DNA of 64,000 nucleotides, from NCBI GenBank assembly GCA_017308135.1, contig JAFKFM010000014.1, positions 65,507-129,506 on the forward strand, written 5' to 3'. A program made the translations under genes and the position numbers. The DNA is from Alphaproteobacteria bacterium. Its GTDB lineage: Bacteria > Pseudomonadota > Alphaproteobacteria > CACIAM-22H2. The notes below the pieces were generated by a model, which saw only the letters and a program-made list of their open reading frames with translations, was not told the DNA's origin and did not search any database. Shown piece by piece: positions 48,060 to 57,855 of the stretch. The first letter of the stretch is position 1. Each line of letters opens with the position of its first letter.

Positions 48060-48926
48060 ATGCTGGCGGCCCAGGTTCTGATCAATGCTCTGGTTCTGGG
48101 CTGCCTTTACGCCTGTATCGCGATCGGCTTCTCGCTGGTCTGGGGCGTATTGAACGTTATCAATCTGATCCACGGCTCATTCATCGTGCTGGGCGCCTAC
48201 CTTGCATGGTGGCTCTATAACCTGCTGCATATTTCCCCGTGGTATGCGCTTTTCATCGCTGCGCCCGCGTTTTTCGCTCTCGGTTATGTCCTGCAGCGTT
48301 TAATCCTCAATCGTGTGATCACTGCGCCTGTTCTTGTCACGCTGACTCTTACGTTCGGTCTCGACCTGATCCTCAACAACGCGATGATCTACTACTTCAA
48401 GGCCGACTATCGGAAATTGATCCTGACGCCTCCGATGGGATCGGTTTCCATCTTCGGGGTTGTCGTGCCGGTCGATCGTCTGGTTGCCACTGTCGCGGCG
48501 CTGGCATTGACGGGTGTGCTGTATTTGATCCTGCGACGATCGCGGGTAGGGCGTGCCATCGTTGCTGTCCGACTCGATCGCGACGCGGCCAAGCTGATGG
48601 GCGTCGATGTCAATTCGATCTATGCGTTCGCATTCGGTCTCGGCGCAGCACTGGCTGGCTGCGCCGGTGTTTTGATGGCGCTGATCTTCCCTATCTCTCC
48701 GCTCACCTCGACGGCCTATCTCGGAAAGGCCTTCGTGGTTTGTGTCCTCGGTGGCCTGGGCAGTGTGTCCGGCGCGTTGGCAGGGGGGATATTCCTGGCG
48801 CTGATCGAAGGTATCGGTTCGACGCTGATCGGGCCCGCGCATGCCACGACTCTTTCATTCGCGATCCTGATCGTGTTCCTGATCGTGCGCCCTCAAGGCT
48901 TGCTTGGTCGGAAGGGCTTTGAATGA
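48060..48926 (+). CDS. ABC transporter permease (LivH-like)
   Basis: NLIHGSFIVLGAY motif. Confidence 0.8.
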   Translation: MLAAQVLINALVLGCLYACIAIGFSLVWGVLNVINLIHGSFIVLGAYLAWWLYNLLHISPWYALFIAAPAFFALGYVLQRLILNRVITAPVLVTLTLTFGLDLILNNAMIYYFKADYRKLILTPPMGSVSIFGVVVPVDRLVATVAALALTGVLYLILRRSRVGRAIVAVRLDRDAAKLMGVDVNSIYAFAFGLGAALAGCAGVLMALIFPISPLTSTAYLGKAFVVCVLGGLGSVSGALAGGIFLALIEGIGSTLIGPAHATTLSFAILIVFLIVRPQGLLGRKGFE

Positions 48927-49858
48927 CACGCTCAAACCTCCTTCTGCTGGCACTGATACTTTGCATCGCCTTGCTGCCGCTCTTCGGCGGCTCCTATGCG
49001 CTACGGCTGGGCACCATCGCCTGCATGTACGGCATCCTGGCGCTGTCGTGGAACGTTGTCGGCGGTTTCGCGGGATATCCCTCATTTGCAACGGCAGCAT
49101 TCTTCGGATTTGGCGCTTACAGCGCAGGCGTGCTGATGGGGAAGGGAGCCGCGCTGTCGGTGTCCGTCGTGGTTGCGGGCGTCATGTCCTTTGCGGTGGC
49201 AGCCCTTCTCGGCGCCGCGCTCCTTCGCCTGCGCGGACATTATTTCGCAATCGCCAGCCTGTCGTTGATTGAGGTGTTTCGGGAATTGGTGAACAACGCC
49301 ACCGATCTGACGGGCGGTGGAATGGGATTGAACATTCCTGTGACGTCGTCCGCCGGCATCATGGCGGACGCGATGCTGTTTTTCTACGTGATGTGGGCGC
49401 TGCTGCTCGGCACAGCCATCATGGTTGTGATCGTAGCGGGATCGAAGCTCGGATTCGGTCTCGCCGCCATTCGCCAGAATGAGACCGCAGCCAATATGAT
49501 CGGGCTCAACGCCACTCTCTACAAAAGCATCGCGTTCGGACTATCCGCATGTTTCGTTGGGGCCGCCGGCGGCGTCTATGCGGCATGGGTTCACTATATC
49601 GATCCGTCCGACGTGTTCGACATTCTCTACTCGGTGAAACCGATCGTCATGGCTCTGATCGGAGGGCTCGGGGCGCCGCTCGGCGTCATGATCGGCGCCT
49701 TTGTCTACCTCGGCCTCGAGGAAGTGGTCTGGCGCAATTACATCCAGATCCACAGTGGAGTGCTGGGAGTTCTCATCGTCATCCTGCTCCTGTTCTTCCC
49801 GCATGGATTGATGTCGATCCGCGACCGTCTCCTGTCGTGGAGGCCGAAGCGTGTCTGA
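48923..49858 (+). CDS. ABC transporter permease (LivM-like)
   Basis: ATGA overlap. Polytopic membrane protein. Confidence 0.8.
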   Translation: MTRSNLLLLALILCIALLPLFGGSYALRLGTIACMYGILALSWNVVGGFAGYPSFATAAFFGFGAYSAGVLMGKGAALSVSVVVAGVMSFAVAALLGAALLRLRGHYFAIASLSLIEVFRELVNNATDLTGGGMGLNIPVTSSAGIMADAMLFFYVMWALLLGTAIMVVIVAGSKLGFGLAAIRQNETAANMIGLNATLYKSIAFGLSACFVGAAGGVYAAWVHYIDPSDVFDILYSVKPIVMALIGGLGAPLGVMIGAFVYLGLEEVVWRNYIQIHSGVLGVLIVILLLFFPHGLMSIRDRLLSWRPKRV

Positions 49859-50597
49859 AATTCTCCAGCTTCAGTCGGTTTCCCGGAACTTCTCCGGCCT
49901 GAAGGCCCTGCGGGACGTGTCGCTGCGCGTCAGCAAGGGCGAAGTTCTGGGTCTGATCGGGCCTAACGGCGCGGGAAAAACGACATTGGTGAACACCGTG
50001 ACCGGCGTCACGCCAGCGAGTTCCGGCAAGGTCTTGTTCATGGGACAGGACATCACACGGGTCAAAACCTATCAATCGGCTCGGCTCGGTCTCGCTCGCA
50101 CTTTTCAGATCGTGCAGCCGTTTGCGGAATTCAGTGCGCTGGACAACGTTGCCGCGGCAGCGCTGTTTTCGCAGCCCGGCGAGAATATCAGATCGGCCCG
50201 TGAGGAAGCGCGAGCCCATCTGGCATTTGTCGGTCTGGATGCGCAGGCCGATCAACCTGCTGCGACTTTGACGCTGGCGATGCGCAAGCGGCTCGAACTT
50301 GCCAAGGCTCTAGCCATGAAGCCGAAGCTGCTGTTCCTTGACGAGGTCAATGCGGGGCTCAACAGCGCCGAAGTCGAACGCGCAGCAAAGCTGATTCACC
50401 AGCTTTCCGAGAGCGGCATCACCATCGTGATGATCGAGCATCTGATGAAGGTGGTGCTGAACGTCTGTACGCGTATCGTCGTGCTGCACAATGGCCAGTT
50501 GATCGCCGATGGCGCACCACGGGACGTGATCAAGGATTCCGCGGTCGTCGAAGCCTATCTCGGTCAGCAATATGCACAGAGGGCGGGTCATGGCTGA
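49851..50597 (+). CDS. ABC transporter ATP-binding protein (LivG-like)
   Basis: GPNGAGKTTLV Walker A. Confidence 0.85.
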   Translation: MSEILQLQSVSRNFSGLKALRDVSLRVSKGEVLGLIGPNGAGKTTLVNTVTGVTPASSGKVLFMGQDITRVKTYQSARLGLARTFQIVQPFAEFSALDNVAAAALFSQPGENIRSAREEARAHLAFVGLDAQADQPAATLTLAMRKRLELAKALAMKPKLLFLDEVNAGLNSAEVERAAKLIHQLSESGITIVMIEHLMKVVLNVCTRIVVLHNGQLIADGAPRDVIKDSAVVEAYLGQQYAQRAGHG

Positions 50598-51330
50598 CGA
50601 TCTCGCCAAGCCGATGCTTGAGCTGCAGGAACTGCGCGCTGGTTACGGCGAGGTGCAGGTGCTGTGGGGCATCGATCTCGCGGTCCGCGAGGGGCAGATC
50701 ACCGCCCTGATAGGCTCGAACGGAGCAGGCAAGACGACGTTGATGCGCGCGCTGTCCGGGCTGATTCCGGTTCAATCCGGTCATTATCGTTTTGACGGTA
50801 AAAATCTGGTTGGCGCCAGCGCCGCGGAGATTCTTGCGCATGGCATTGTGCACGTTCCCGAAGGGCGGCGGCTGTTCGGTGCGATGAGTGTCGAAGACAA
50901 TCTGTTGATGGGCGCTTATGCGCGCAACGTCTCTCGCGCCGAGATCGGCCGCGATATGAGCCGCGTTTACACGACATTCCCGAAGCTGTTCGAGCGTCGC
51001 AATCAGGCGGCGGCCACGCTTTCCGGCGGCGAGCAGCAGATGTGCGCCATCGGACGTGGTCTGATGAGTGCGCCGAAGCTTCTGATGATCGATGAATTGT
51101 CGCTTGGTCTGTCTCCGCTGCTGGTCGAGCAGCTTGTGGCGGCGCTTCGTGCACTCAATGCGGAAGGCATGTCGATTCTCCTGGTGGAGCAGGACGTGAC
51201 GACGGCGCTCGATCTGTGTGATGCGGCGTTCGTCATGGACATGGGCAGGATCGTTCGCGCTGGGACCGGTGCGGAGCTTCTTGCTGATCCGATCATTCGT
51301 GATGCCTATCTCGGCGTCCTCGAAGAATAG
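50590..51330 (+). CDS. ABC transporter ATP-binding protein (LivF-like)
   Basis: GSNGAGKTTLM Walker A. The ATG at 50590 overlaps the upstream stop. Confidence 0.85.
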   Translation: MADDLAKPMLELQELRAGYGEVQVLWGIDLAVREGQITALIGSNGAGKTTLMRALSGLIPVQSGHYRFDGKNLVGASAAEILAHGIVHVPEGRRLFGAMSVEDNLLMGAYARNVSRAEIGRDMSRVYTTFPKLFERRNQAAATLSGGEQQMCAIGRGLMSAPKLLMIDELSLGLSPLLVEQLVAALRALNAEGMSILLVEQDVTTALDLCDAAFVMDMGRIVRAGTGAELLADPIIRDAYLGVLEE

Positions 51331-51377
51331 CTCACAGCGCATCCCGAACAGGACGTCGCTCAACAAGAAGAGGTCAT

Positions 51378-52136
51378 ATGATTCAGACTGTCGAAGCAGC
51401 CAACGGCGGATATAGGTTTATGCCCGGTGTCAGTCAGTATTCTGCCGGCGTCGCGGCATTACCGGGATTCACTTTAGAGAGGGTTCGGTTCACGAAGCCT
51501 GTCCCGTTGCGTCAAGGTTTTGAGCGCATTGCGGAGACCCTGAAGAACGCGGGTCGCCCACTGACCGCGTTCGCGGCTTGCGAATTGCGGTCGCCCGCGC
51601 CGTTCACCGAGAGCGGATTCGTCAAGTTCAATGAAGTTTACACCGGAACCCTGAAGGAATGGGGATTGATGCCTGACGGCGTCAACCCCGTTGCGCGCAG
51701 CAATGTGTGTCCCAAAATCGATCCGCCTTCCGAGCCGGGTTTCTACGCGTTCTCCTACACAGTGCCTGCGCCGACGAATTCTCCGGCTTCATTCGTGATC
51801 GCGGGGAGCGGCGAAGCGCCGGAGGGAAAAACGAACTACCGCGACCATGCCGTTCGTCTGGGCGATATATCTCCCGCTGCGATGCTGGAGAAGGCGCGGT
51901 GGGTTCTTGGCGAGATGGAGCGCCGCATGAGCGCGTTTGGCGGCGATTGGAGCCAGGTGACCGGCACGCAGCTTTATACCGTGCATGATATCTATCCGTT
52001 CATCGAAAGCGAACTCGGCAAGCGCGGCATTTTCAGGCAAGGGCTGACGTGGCACCTCAACCGTCCGCCTGTGCAGGATCTGGAATACGAGATGGATTGC
52101 CGCCGGGTCTATACCGAGCGCGTCCTCGAGGCGTAG
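51378..52136 (+). CDS. Hypothetical protein (252 aa), co-oriented with the Liv-like operon. Possible weak RidA/YjgF-like segment.
   Basis: ORF lies 48 nt after the LivF-like stop. No confidently recognised family. Confidence 0.45.
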   Translation: MIQTVEAANGGYRFMPGVSQYSAGVAALPGFTLERVRFTKPVPLRQGFERIAETLKNAGRPLTAFAACELRSPAPFTESGFVKFNEVYTGTLKEWGLMPDGVNPVARSNVCPKIDPPSEPGFYAFSYTVPAPTNSPASFVIAGSGEAPEGKTNYRDHAVRLGDISPAAMLEKARWVLGEMERRMSAFGGDWSQVTGTQLYTVHDIYPFIESELGKRGIFRQGLTWHLNRPPVQDLEYEMDCRRVYTERVLEA

Positions 52137-52157
52137 GTCCGTTACTTCTGACGATTG

Positions 52158-52183
52158 CCGGTTCTGACAGCTTTCAGGACCGG
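52158..52183 (+). terminator. 10-bp imperfect hairpin (CCGGTTCTGA...TCAGGACCGG) 22 nt after the stop of the hypothetical gene
   Basis: Inverted repeat read from the sequence. No U-tract. Confidence 0.3.
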
Positions 52184-52381
52184 CAACTCTCATTCGAAGC
52201 TTTCACAACATTCGAGGCAAATCGCCAAAGTTCATCCGGTAACGGGTCGAAAGCCAACAGGCAACGCCTTGCTGGCATCGAGATCCATCGCGATAGCGGC
52301 CCAGTCATACGCAAGCAGGCGCGGCGCGATTCCGCTTCCTCCGTCCGCGCCGGTGACGACTATCGCCGCTCCGGCGTCCGA

Positions 52382-53458
52382 CTACGCATTGTCGCCTTCC
52401 AGCGCCGCAATCACGGCATCCGTAACCTTCCGCGTTGTCGCATGGCCGCCGAGATCCGGCGTGTGAAAATCGGGATTGCCGGTTACCCTTTCGATCGCAC
52501 GCATCAAGCGAGTGGCTGCGGCCTTTTCCCCTAGATGTTCAAGCATCATGGTCGCGGACCAGAACGTGCCGATCGGATTTGCGATGCCTTTGCCGGTGAT
52601 GTCGAACGCGGAGCCGTGGATAGGCTCGAACATCGACGGGAATTTGCGTTCGGGATTGAGGTTCGCGGTCGGCGCAATGCCGATCGAGCCAGCCAGCGCG
52701 GCGGCGAGGTCGGACAATACGTCTGCATGAAGATTGGTCGCGACAATCGTATCCAGCGTCTCGGGCTTCAGCGTCATGCGAATTGTCATCGCATCGACGA
52801 GCATTTTATCCCATTTTACGTCGGGAAATTCCTTCGAAACCTCCGTCGCGAGCTCGTCCCACATCACCATGGCATGGCGCTGGGCATTGGACTTCGTCAC
52901 GACAGTCAGCAGCTTGCGGGGGCGGCTCTGCGCCAGCGCGAATGCAAACCGCATGACCCGCACCACGCCCGCGCGCGTCATGATCGAAACATCGGTGGCG
53001 ACCTCTTCGGGCAATCCCATGTGCACGCGCCCGCCGACGCCCGCGTATTCGCCTTCCGAATTTTCGCGCACGATGATCCAGTCGAGCTGTTTGTCCGTCA
53101 CGGCGCGCAGCGGACTTGTGATGCCCGGCAGGATTCGAGTCGGCCTGACATTTGCGTACTGATCGAATGGCTGACAGATCGCGAGGCGAAGTCCCCATAG
53201 CGTAATGTGATCGGGAATGTCCGGATGTCCGGCCGAGCCGAACAGGATCGCGTCATGGGCCTTGATCTGATCGCGGCCGTTCTCCGGCATCATGCGTCCA
53301 TGCTTCTTGTAATACTCTCCGCCCCAATCGAAGTTGTCGACCTGGAATGAGATATGTCCCTCGCGCTTGGCCAACGCGTGAAGCACCTCGACACCGGCCG
53401 TAATGACTTCAGTGCCGATGCCGTCGCCGGGAATTGCCGCGATCCGATACGTTTTCAT
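52382..53458 (-). CDS. Tartrate dehydrogenase/decarboxylase / D-malate dehydrogenase (decarboxylating), isocitrate/isopropylmalate dehydrogenase family
   Basis: MKTYRIAAIPGDGIGTEV...FDWGGEYYKKHGRMMP closely matches TtuC/DmlA-type enzymes. Confidence 0.85.
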   Translation of the reverse strand: MKTYRIAAIPGDGIGTEVITAGVEVLHALAKREGHISFQVDNFDWGGEYYKKHGRMMPENGRDQIKAHDAILFGSAGHPDIPDHITLWGLRLAICQPFDQYANVRPTRILPGITSPLRAVTDKQLDWIIVRENSEGEYAGVGGRVHMGLPEEVATDVSIMTRAGVVRVMRFAFALAQSRPRKLLTVVTKSNAQRHAMVMWDELATEVSKEFPDVKWDKMLVDAMTIRMTLKPETLDTIVATNLHADVLSDLAAALAGSIGIAPTANLNPERKFPSMFEPIHGSAFDITGKGIANPIGTFWSATMMLEHLGEKAAATRLMRAIERVTGNPDFHTPDLGGHATTRKVTDAVIAALEGDNA

Positions 53459-53515
53459 GTTCTGGTTAACCGATGGAAGAGTGGATATTGTGAACGGATC
53501 CGACTGTGCTTGTGC

Positions 53516-54481
53516 TCAGTCGGCGAATTGCCCCGCGGCCTTGATGATTGGCGCCCAGCGATCGACCTCGCTGTCCAGCAAAGTTTTCAGGGCTTTCGGC
53601 GTGGCTTCTTCCGAACTGACCGGATCGGTGTTGATGTCGTTAAACCGCTTCACCAGATCCGGGTCCTTGAGTGCCGCCTGAAGTGTGACTGAAAGTTTTT
53701 GAACGATGGCGTCCGGCGTGCCTTTGGGAGCGTAGATGCCATGCCACGCGCTGACTTCAAAGCCCTTCAAGCCTGCTTCATCGGCCGTCGGCAAATCCGG
53801 CAGCGACGCCAAGCGATTCTTGGTGGTGATGGCATAGCTCTTGACGAGCTTTCCGAGGATCGGTTGCGTGGTATTCGTGGTCTGGTCGCAGGTGAGATCG
53901 ATCTGCTTGGCGATAAGATCGTTCATCACCGGAGCATTTCCCTTATATGGGATTGCCTGAATCTGTTTGTCGACGGCGGTCATGAAGAGCATGCCGCAAA
54001 GGTGGGAGGCCGCGCCGAGACCCGCGTTGCCGAAGGTCATCTTGTCGCCGTTCGCCTTGATGTATGTGATTAACTCCCGAAGGTTGTTGGCCGGGAGATC
54101 AGGGCGCGCAATGATCGTCATGGGCGCGTAAGTCACGATTCCGATCGGCGAGAAGGCGGTCTTGGTGTCATATGGCAGTTTGCGATAGAGCGTGGCTGCC
54201 GTTGAAATTCCGATGTGATGAATGAGCAGCGTGTAGCCGTCGGGCTCGGCGCGTGATGCGCGGGTTGCCGCGATCGTGCCGCCAGCGCCAAGTGCATTCT
54301 CGATGACAATGGTCTGTCCCAGGATCTTGGACATTGATTGCGCGGTCACGCGTGCAACGGTGTCGGTTGCGCCGCCCGCGGCGAAGGGGACTAGAAGCGT
54401 GATAGGCCGCGACGGATAGTCTTGCGCCAGCGAAGGCGTCAGGCACAGAAGATATGCGGCAATTGCAAAGACTGCTCTCAT
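53516..54481 (-). CDS. Bug/TctC-family periplasmic solute-binding protein (orphan: no adjacent TctA/B genes)
   Basis: Signal peptide. LLVPFAAGGATDTVARV...ENALGAGG motifs. Confidence 0.8.
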   Translation of the reverse strand: MRAVFAIAAYLLCLTPSLAQDYPSRPITLLVPFAAGGATDTVARVTAQSMSKILGQTIVIENALGAGGTIAATRASRAEPDGYTLLIHHIGISTAATLYRKLPYDTKTAFSPIGIVTYAPMTIIARPDLPANNLRELITYIKANGDKMTFGNAGLGAASHLCGMLFMTAVDKQIQAIPYKGNAPVMNDLIAKQIDLTCDQTTNTTQPILGKLVKSYAITTKNRLASLPDLPTADEAGLKGFEVSAWHGIYAPKGTPDAIVQKLSVTLQAALKDPDLVKRFNDINTDPVSSEEATPKALKTLLDSEVDRWAPIIKAAGQFAD

Positions 54482-54603
54482 CGGATCGCTCTCCCGTTTA
54501 ATTGGTTCATTGATTGCGATGATTTTGAAGGCGTCTTTGCCAGCGTTCAATACGACTTTGTTTATACAAAAAAGTCATATAATCTCCTTCCTTGGAGATT
54601 TTG

Positions 54604-55518
54604 ATGGATTTGCACCAGCTTCGTTGTTTCGTCACTGCCGCAGAGGAGCTTCATTTCGGGCGAGCGGCTCAACGGCTGGATATGCTGCCGTCCGCGCTGG
54701 GGCGCTATATCGACTTGCTTGAAAAGAAACTCGGCGCCCGGCTGCTGGCGCGCACGACGAGAAGTGTGGCCCTTACGGAAGATGGAATTTTCCTGCTCGA
54801 AAGGGCCCGTCCGCTTCTGGAGGCGGCTGAAGATATTGAGTCAGGCTTCCGAAAGCGCGTCAGAGAGCGTGCGATCTCTCTGCGCGTTGGAACGATTGAC
54901 AGTGCGGCTGCCGGTCTTTTGCCGAGAATCCTGCATGATTTTCGTATGCGTCGCCCCGATGTTACGGTGCAATTGATCGAGGGTAAAACGTTTAACTTGA
55001 TACCTCAGCTTTTGGCGGGACGACTCGATCTGGCGTTTGTAAGGCCCCCGGCGACAAAAAATAAGAAACTCGCATTTCAGTTTCTGCTGCATGAAACGGC
55101 CGTTGTAGCCGTGCCGGCAAAACACCCGCTTTCCTCACGCAGGAAGATTTCTATTGCGGAGCTAGCGGATCAACCGTTGATCGTTCCGGAGCGAAGATCG
55201 CGGCCGCACAGCCACGATCTCACCATGAAGCTGTTTGCGGACGCTGGAATTCGGGCGCGCGTTGTTCAGGTCGCCGAAGAGAAGCAGACCATCGTCAATC
55301 TGGTGTCCGCCAAGATCGGCATGGCGATCGTGCCGCGATGGACATCGCGCATGGCAACGAAAGGTGTGAAATTCGTCGCCATCAAGCAGGCGGGCGATGA
55401 GCCGCTCAAGACGTTGCCGCTGGCTGCGGCATGGATCGACGGTGCCAACGATCCTGTCCGCGATGACATGATCGATATGCTGCGGCGGCGTTTGAAGGCT
55501 TACGCGGAAGGAGCCTGA
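54604..55518 (+). CDS. LysR-family transcriptional regulator, divergent from the dehydrogenase operon (DmlR-like arrangement)
   Basis: HTH: EELHFGRAAQRLDMLPSALGRYIDLLEKKLGARLL. Confidence 0.85.
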   Translation: MDLHQLRCFVTAAEELHFGRAAQRLDMLPSALGRYIDLLEKKLGARLLARTTRSVALTEDGIFLLERARPLLEAAEDIESGFRKRVRERAISLRVGTIDSAAAGLLPRILHDFRMRRPDVTVQLIEGKTFNLIPQLLAGRLDLAFVRPPATKNKKLAFQFLLHETAVVAVPAKHPLSSRRKISIAELADQPLIVPERRSRPHSHDLTMKLFADAGIRARVVQVAEEKQTIVNLVSAKIGMAIVPRWTSRMATKGVKFVAIKQAGDEPLKTLPLAAAWIDGANDPVRDDMIDMLRRRLKAYAEGA

Positions 55519-55690
55519 TGACGCGGGAGAATTGCTGTTTCTCTGTTGGTTGTGAGAGGCACCACATATGGATGTTCGCTATCCCGTGATGCGTAGGCAA
55601 TCATTCGCACGAAAAGCAAAAACCGTTTTCAAATTGAAGGGTCTCCGCATATAACCGTTCAGACAAGAACTTAAGAAAACAAAGCAGGGG

Positions 55691-56929
55691 ATGACGAACA
55701 TGGCAGGTTTATTGCGCCGCGATATGCTGGGTCTCGCGTTGACGGTTGCAGCCGCAGCGCTTCCGTTTGGCGGAGCGCAGGCCGCCGATCCGATCAAGAT
55801 CGGTGTGACCATCACGCAATCGCCTCCGGGTTCGGTCGTGCAGGGTACCCAAGTGAAGGATGGTCTCGAGGTCGCTGCCAAGATCCTCAACGACGCCGGT
55901 GGTGTGGATGGCCGGAAGATCGAACTCGTCATTGAAGACACGCAGGGATTGCCTGAGAAGGCCCGTGCCGCGGTCGAGAAGCTCGTGACCCGGGATAAGG
56001 TCGTCGCGATTACCGGCGATCACCAGAGTTCGTCGGTGCTGGCCGGTATGGAAGTCGCGCACCGTTATAAGATTCCCTACGTCAACACCAACGGCTGGTC
56101 CGACGCGATCCGCGAGAAGGGGTATCCGGAGGTCTTCAACCCGGGCAACTATAACAGCCGTGTCGGTGCCGCTGCCGCCGCGACGATGAAGGACCTCGGC
56201 GTCAAGCGCGTTCTGTCGTTCGCAGAGAATACCGACTACGGCATCGGTCTTGCGAAAGCGATCGGTGAAGCATTGAAGAAAGCTGCGCCGGAGATCGAAT
56301 ACAAATACGAAACGCTGGATCGTGCGTCGAAGGACTTCCTGCCGGCGATCCTGCCGCTTCGTGCCAATCCGCCGGATGTGATCATCAACGTGATGCTGCC
56401 GCCCGCGGCCTACATCATGATGAACCAGGTCTATGAGCAGGGTGTCGCGCCGTCGGCCAAGACCTGGCTCTATGACGGCTCCGGCCTCGCGGACTATCCC
56501 GACTTCTGGCAGAACGTGAAGGAAGCGGGGAAGGGGATGCTGGTGTTCGGCTTGTATCATCCGAAGATGGCCCAGCCGTCGCTCGGCAAGCAGGTCGGCG
56601 ATGCCTACACCGCGAAGACCAAGAACGCACCCAACCGTCTGCTCTTCCAGGCGGCCGACTCGCTGTTCCTGATCGCGGATGCGGCCAAGCGCGCCAAGTC
56701 CACCGAGTCCGAGGCTCTGATCAAGGCGCTTGGCGAAACCAAGTACACCGGCACGCGCGGCGAGATTACCTTCGCCAAGGACAAGGGCTACGCGTTCAAC
56801 CAGTGGCTCGACGTGCCTTACGTCACGTTCCAGATGACCGAGGTCAACCAGAAGGTCGAGGATTCGGTGCTGGTGTCGCAGCCGGGCCAATCGCTCGACA
56901 AGTCCAAGCTGTGGAAGCCCGCGAAGTGA
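55691..56929 (+). CDS. ABC transporter substrate-binding protein (LivK-like) with signal peptide
   Basis: Signal peptide LALTVAAAALPFGGAQA. Confidence 0.85.
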   Translation: MTNMAGLLRRDMLGLALTVAAAALPFGGAQAADPIKIGVTITQSPPGSVVQGTQVKDGLEVAAKILNDAGGVDGRKIELVIEDTQGLPEKARAAVEKLVTRDKVVAITGDHQSSSVLAGMEVAHRYKIPYVNTNGWSDAIREKGYPEVFNPGNYNSRVGAAAAATMKDLGVKRVLSFAENTDYGIGLAKAIGEALKKAAPEIEYKYETLDRASKDFLPAILPLRANPPDVIINVMLPPAAYIMMNQVYEQGVAPSAKTWLYDGSGLADYPDFWQNVKEAGKGMLVFGLYHPKMAQPSLGKQVGDAYTAKTKNAPNRLLFQAADSLFLIADAAKRAKSTESEALIKALGETKYTGTRGEITFAKDKGYAFNQWLDVPYVTFQMTEVNQKVEDSVLVSQPGQSLDKSKLWKPAK

Positions 56930-56958
56930 CGCGGGCTGCGCTGACGCACTGATCCATC

Positions 56959-57855
56959 ATGAGCGGTATCGATGTTGATCTTGCGGTGAATGGCCTCATC
57001 ACGGGGCTGTTCTACGCGCTCATGGCCGTCGGCCTGTCGCTGATTTTCGGCATTCTGAAGATCGTGAACTTCGCCCATGGCGAGTTCTACATGGTCGGCG
57101 CCTATGCCTACACGTTGATCGCGCTTGCGCTCGGCGTGCCGGCATGGATCGCGCTACCGCTAGCCTTCGTCGTCGGTGCGGCACTGGGCTGGCTCACGGA
57201 GCGGACGCTGATGCGTCCGCTCTATGCCGGCTATACGTCATGGGGCCTGATGCGTGATGAGTATGCGGTGATCGTCACCTTCGGCCTGTCGCTGTTCCTC
57301 ATCAATCTGGTCGACAAGGTGGTTGGCCCCTATGCTTTTCGTGGCCCGCCGCTGGTGGAAACCAGCCGCGTGGTGCTTGGCCCGGTGCTGATCAGCGGTC
57401 ATCGTCTGCTCGCTGCCGGTATCGCCATCGCCGTGATCGCCATCACTGCGGCGTTGATCAAGTGGTCGTTCTGGGGTCAACAAATTCGTGCGGTGTCGCA
57501 GAACCGTCTCGGCGCATCGCTGGCCGGTATCGATACGGCGAAAGCCAGCGTCATCGTTTTCATGTTGTCGGGCGGCCTTGCGGCTTTCGCGGGCGCGCTG
57601 CTGTCCCCGGTGATCAATGCCTCGCCCGACGTCGGCGTCTTCCCGGCGATCAAGTCCTACATCATTGTCGTGCTCGGCGGCATGGGCTCGGTGCCGGGTG
57701 CGATCGTCGCCAGCCTGTTGCTGGGCGTTATCGAAAGTTTTGGAGCCGTATATCTGTCGTATCAGTACCGCGATGCATTCGGTCTCATTCTGCTGATGCT
57801 GTTTCTGCTTTTCCGTCCGCAGGGTCTGTTCGGTGAAAAAGGGCGGGAAGTGTGA
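56959..57855 (+). CDS. ABC transporter permease (LivH-like)
   Basis: KIVNFAHGEFYMVGAYA motif. Confidence 0.8.
   Translation: MSGIDVDLAVNGLITGLFYALMAVGLSLIFGILKIVNFAHGEFYMVGAYAYTLIALALGVPAWIALPLAFVVGAALGWLTERTLMRPLYAGYTSWGLMRDEYAVIVTFGLSLFLINLVDKVVGPYAFRGPPLVETSRVVLGPVLISGHRLLAAGIAIAVIAITAALIKWSFWGQQIRAVSQNRLGASLAGIDTAKASVIVFMLSGGLAAFAGALLSPVINASPDVGVFPAIKSYIIVVLGGMGSVPGAIVASLLLGVIESFGAVYLSYQYRDAFGLILLMLFLLFRPQGLFGEKGREV

Noticed and set aside
50530-51366. 278-aa ORF antisense to the LivF-like gene; likewise 55709-56890 and 57870-58616, antisense to the binding-protein and permease genes
   Set aside because: All overlap confidently assigned ABC components and have low-complexity Arg-rich translations.
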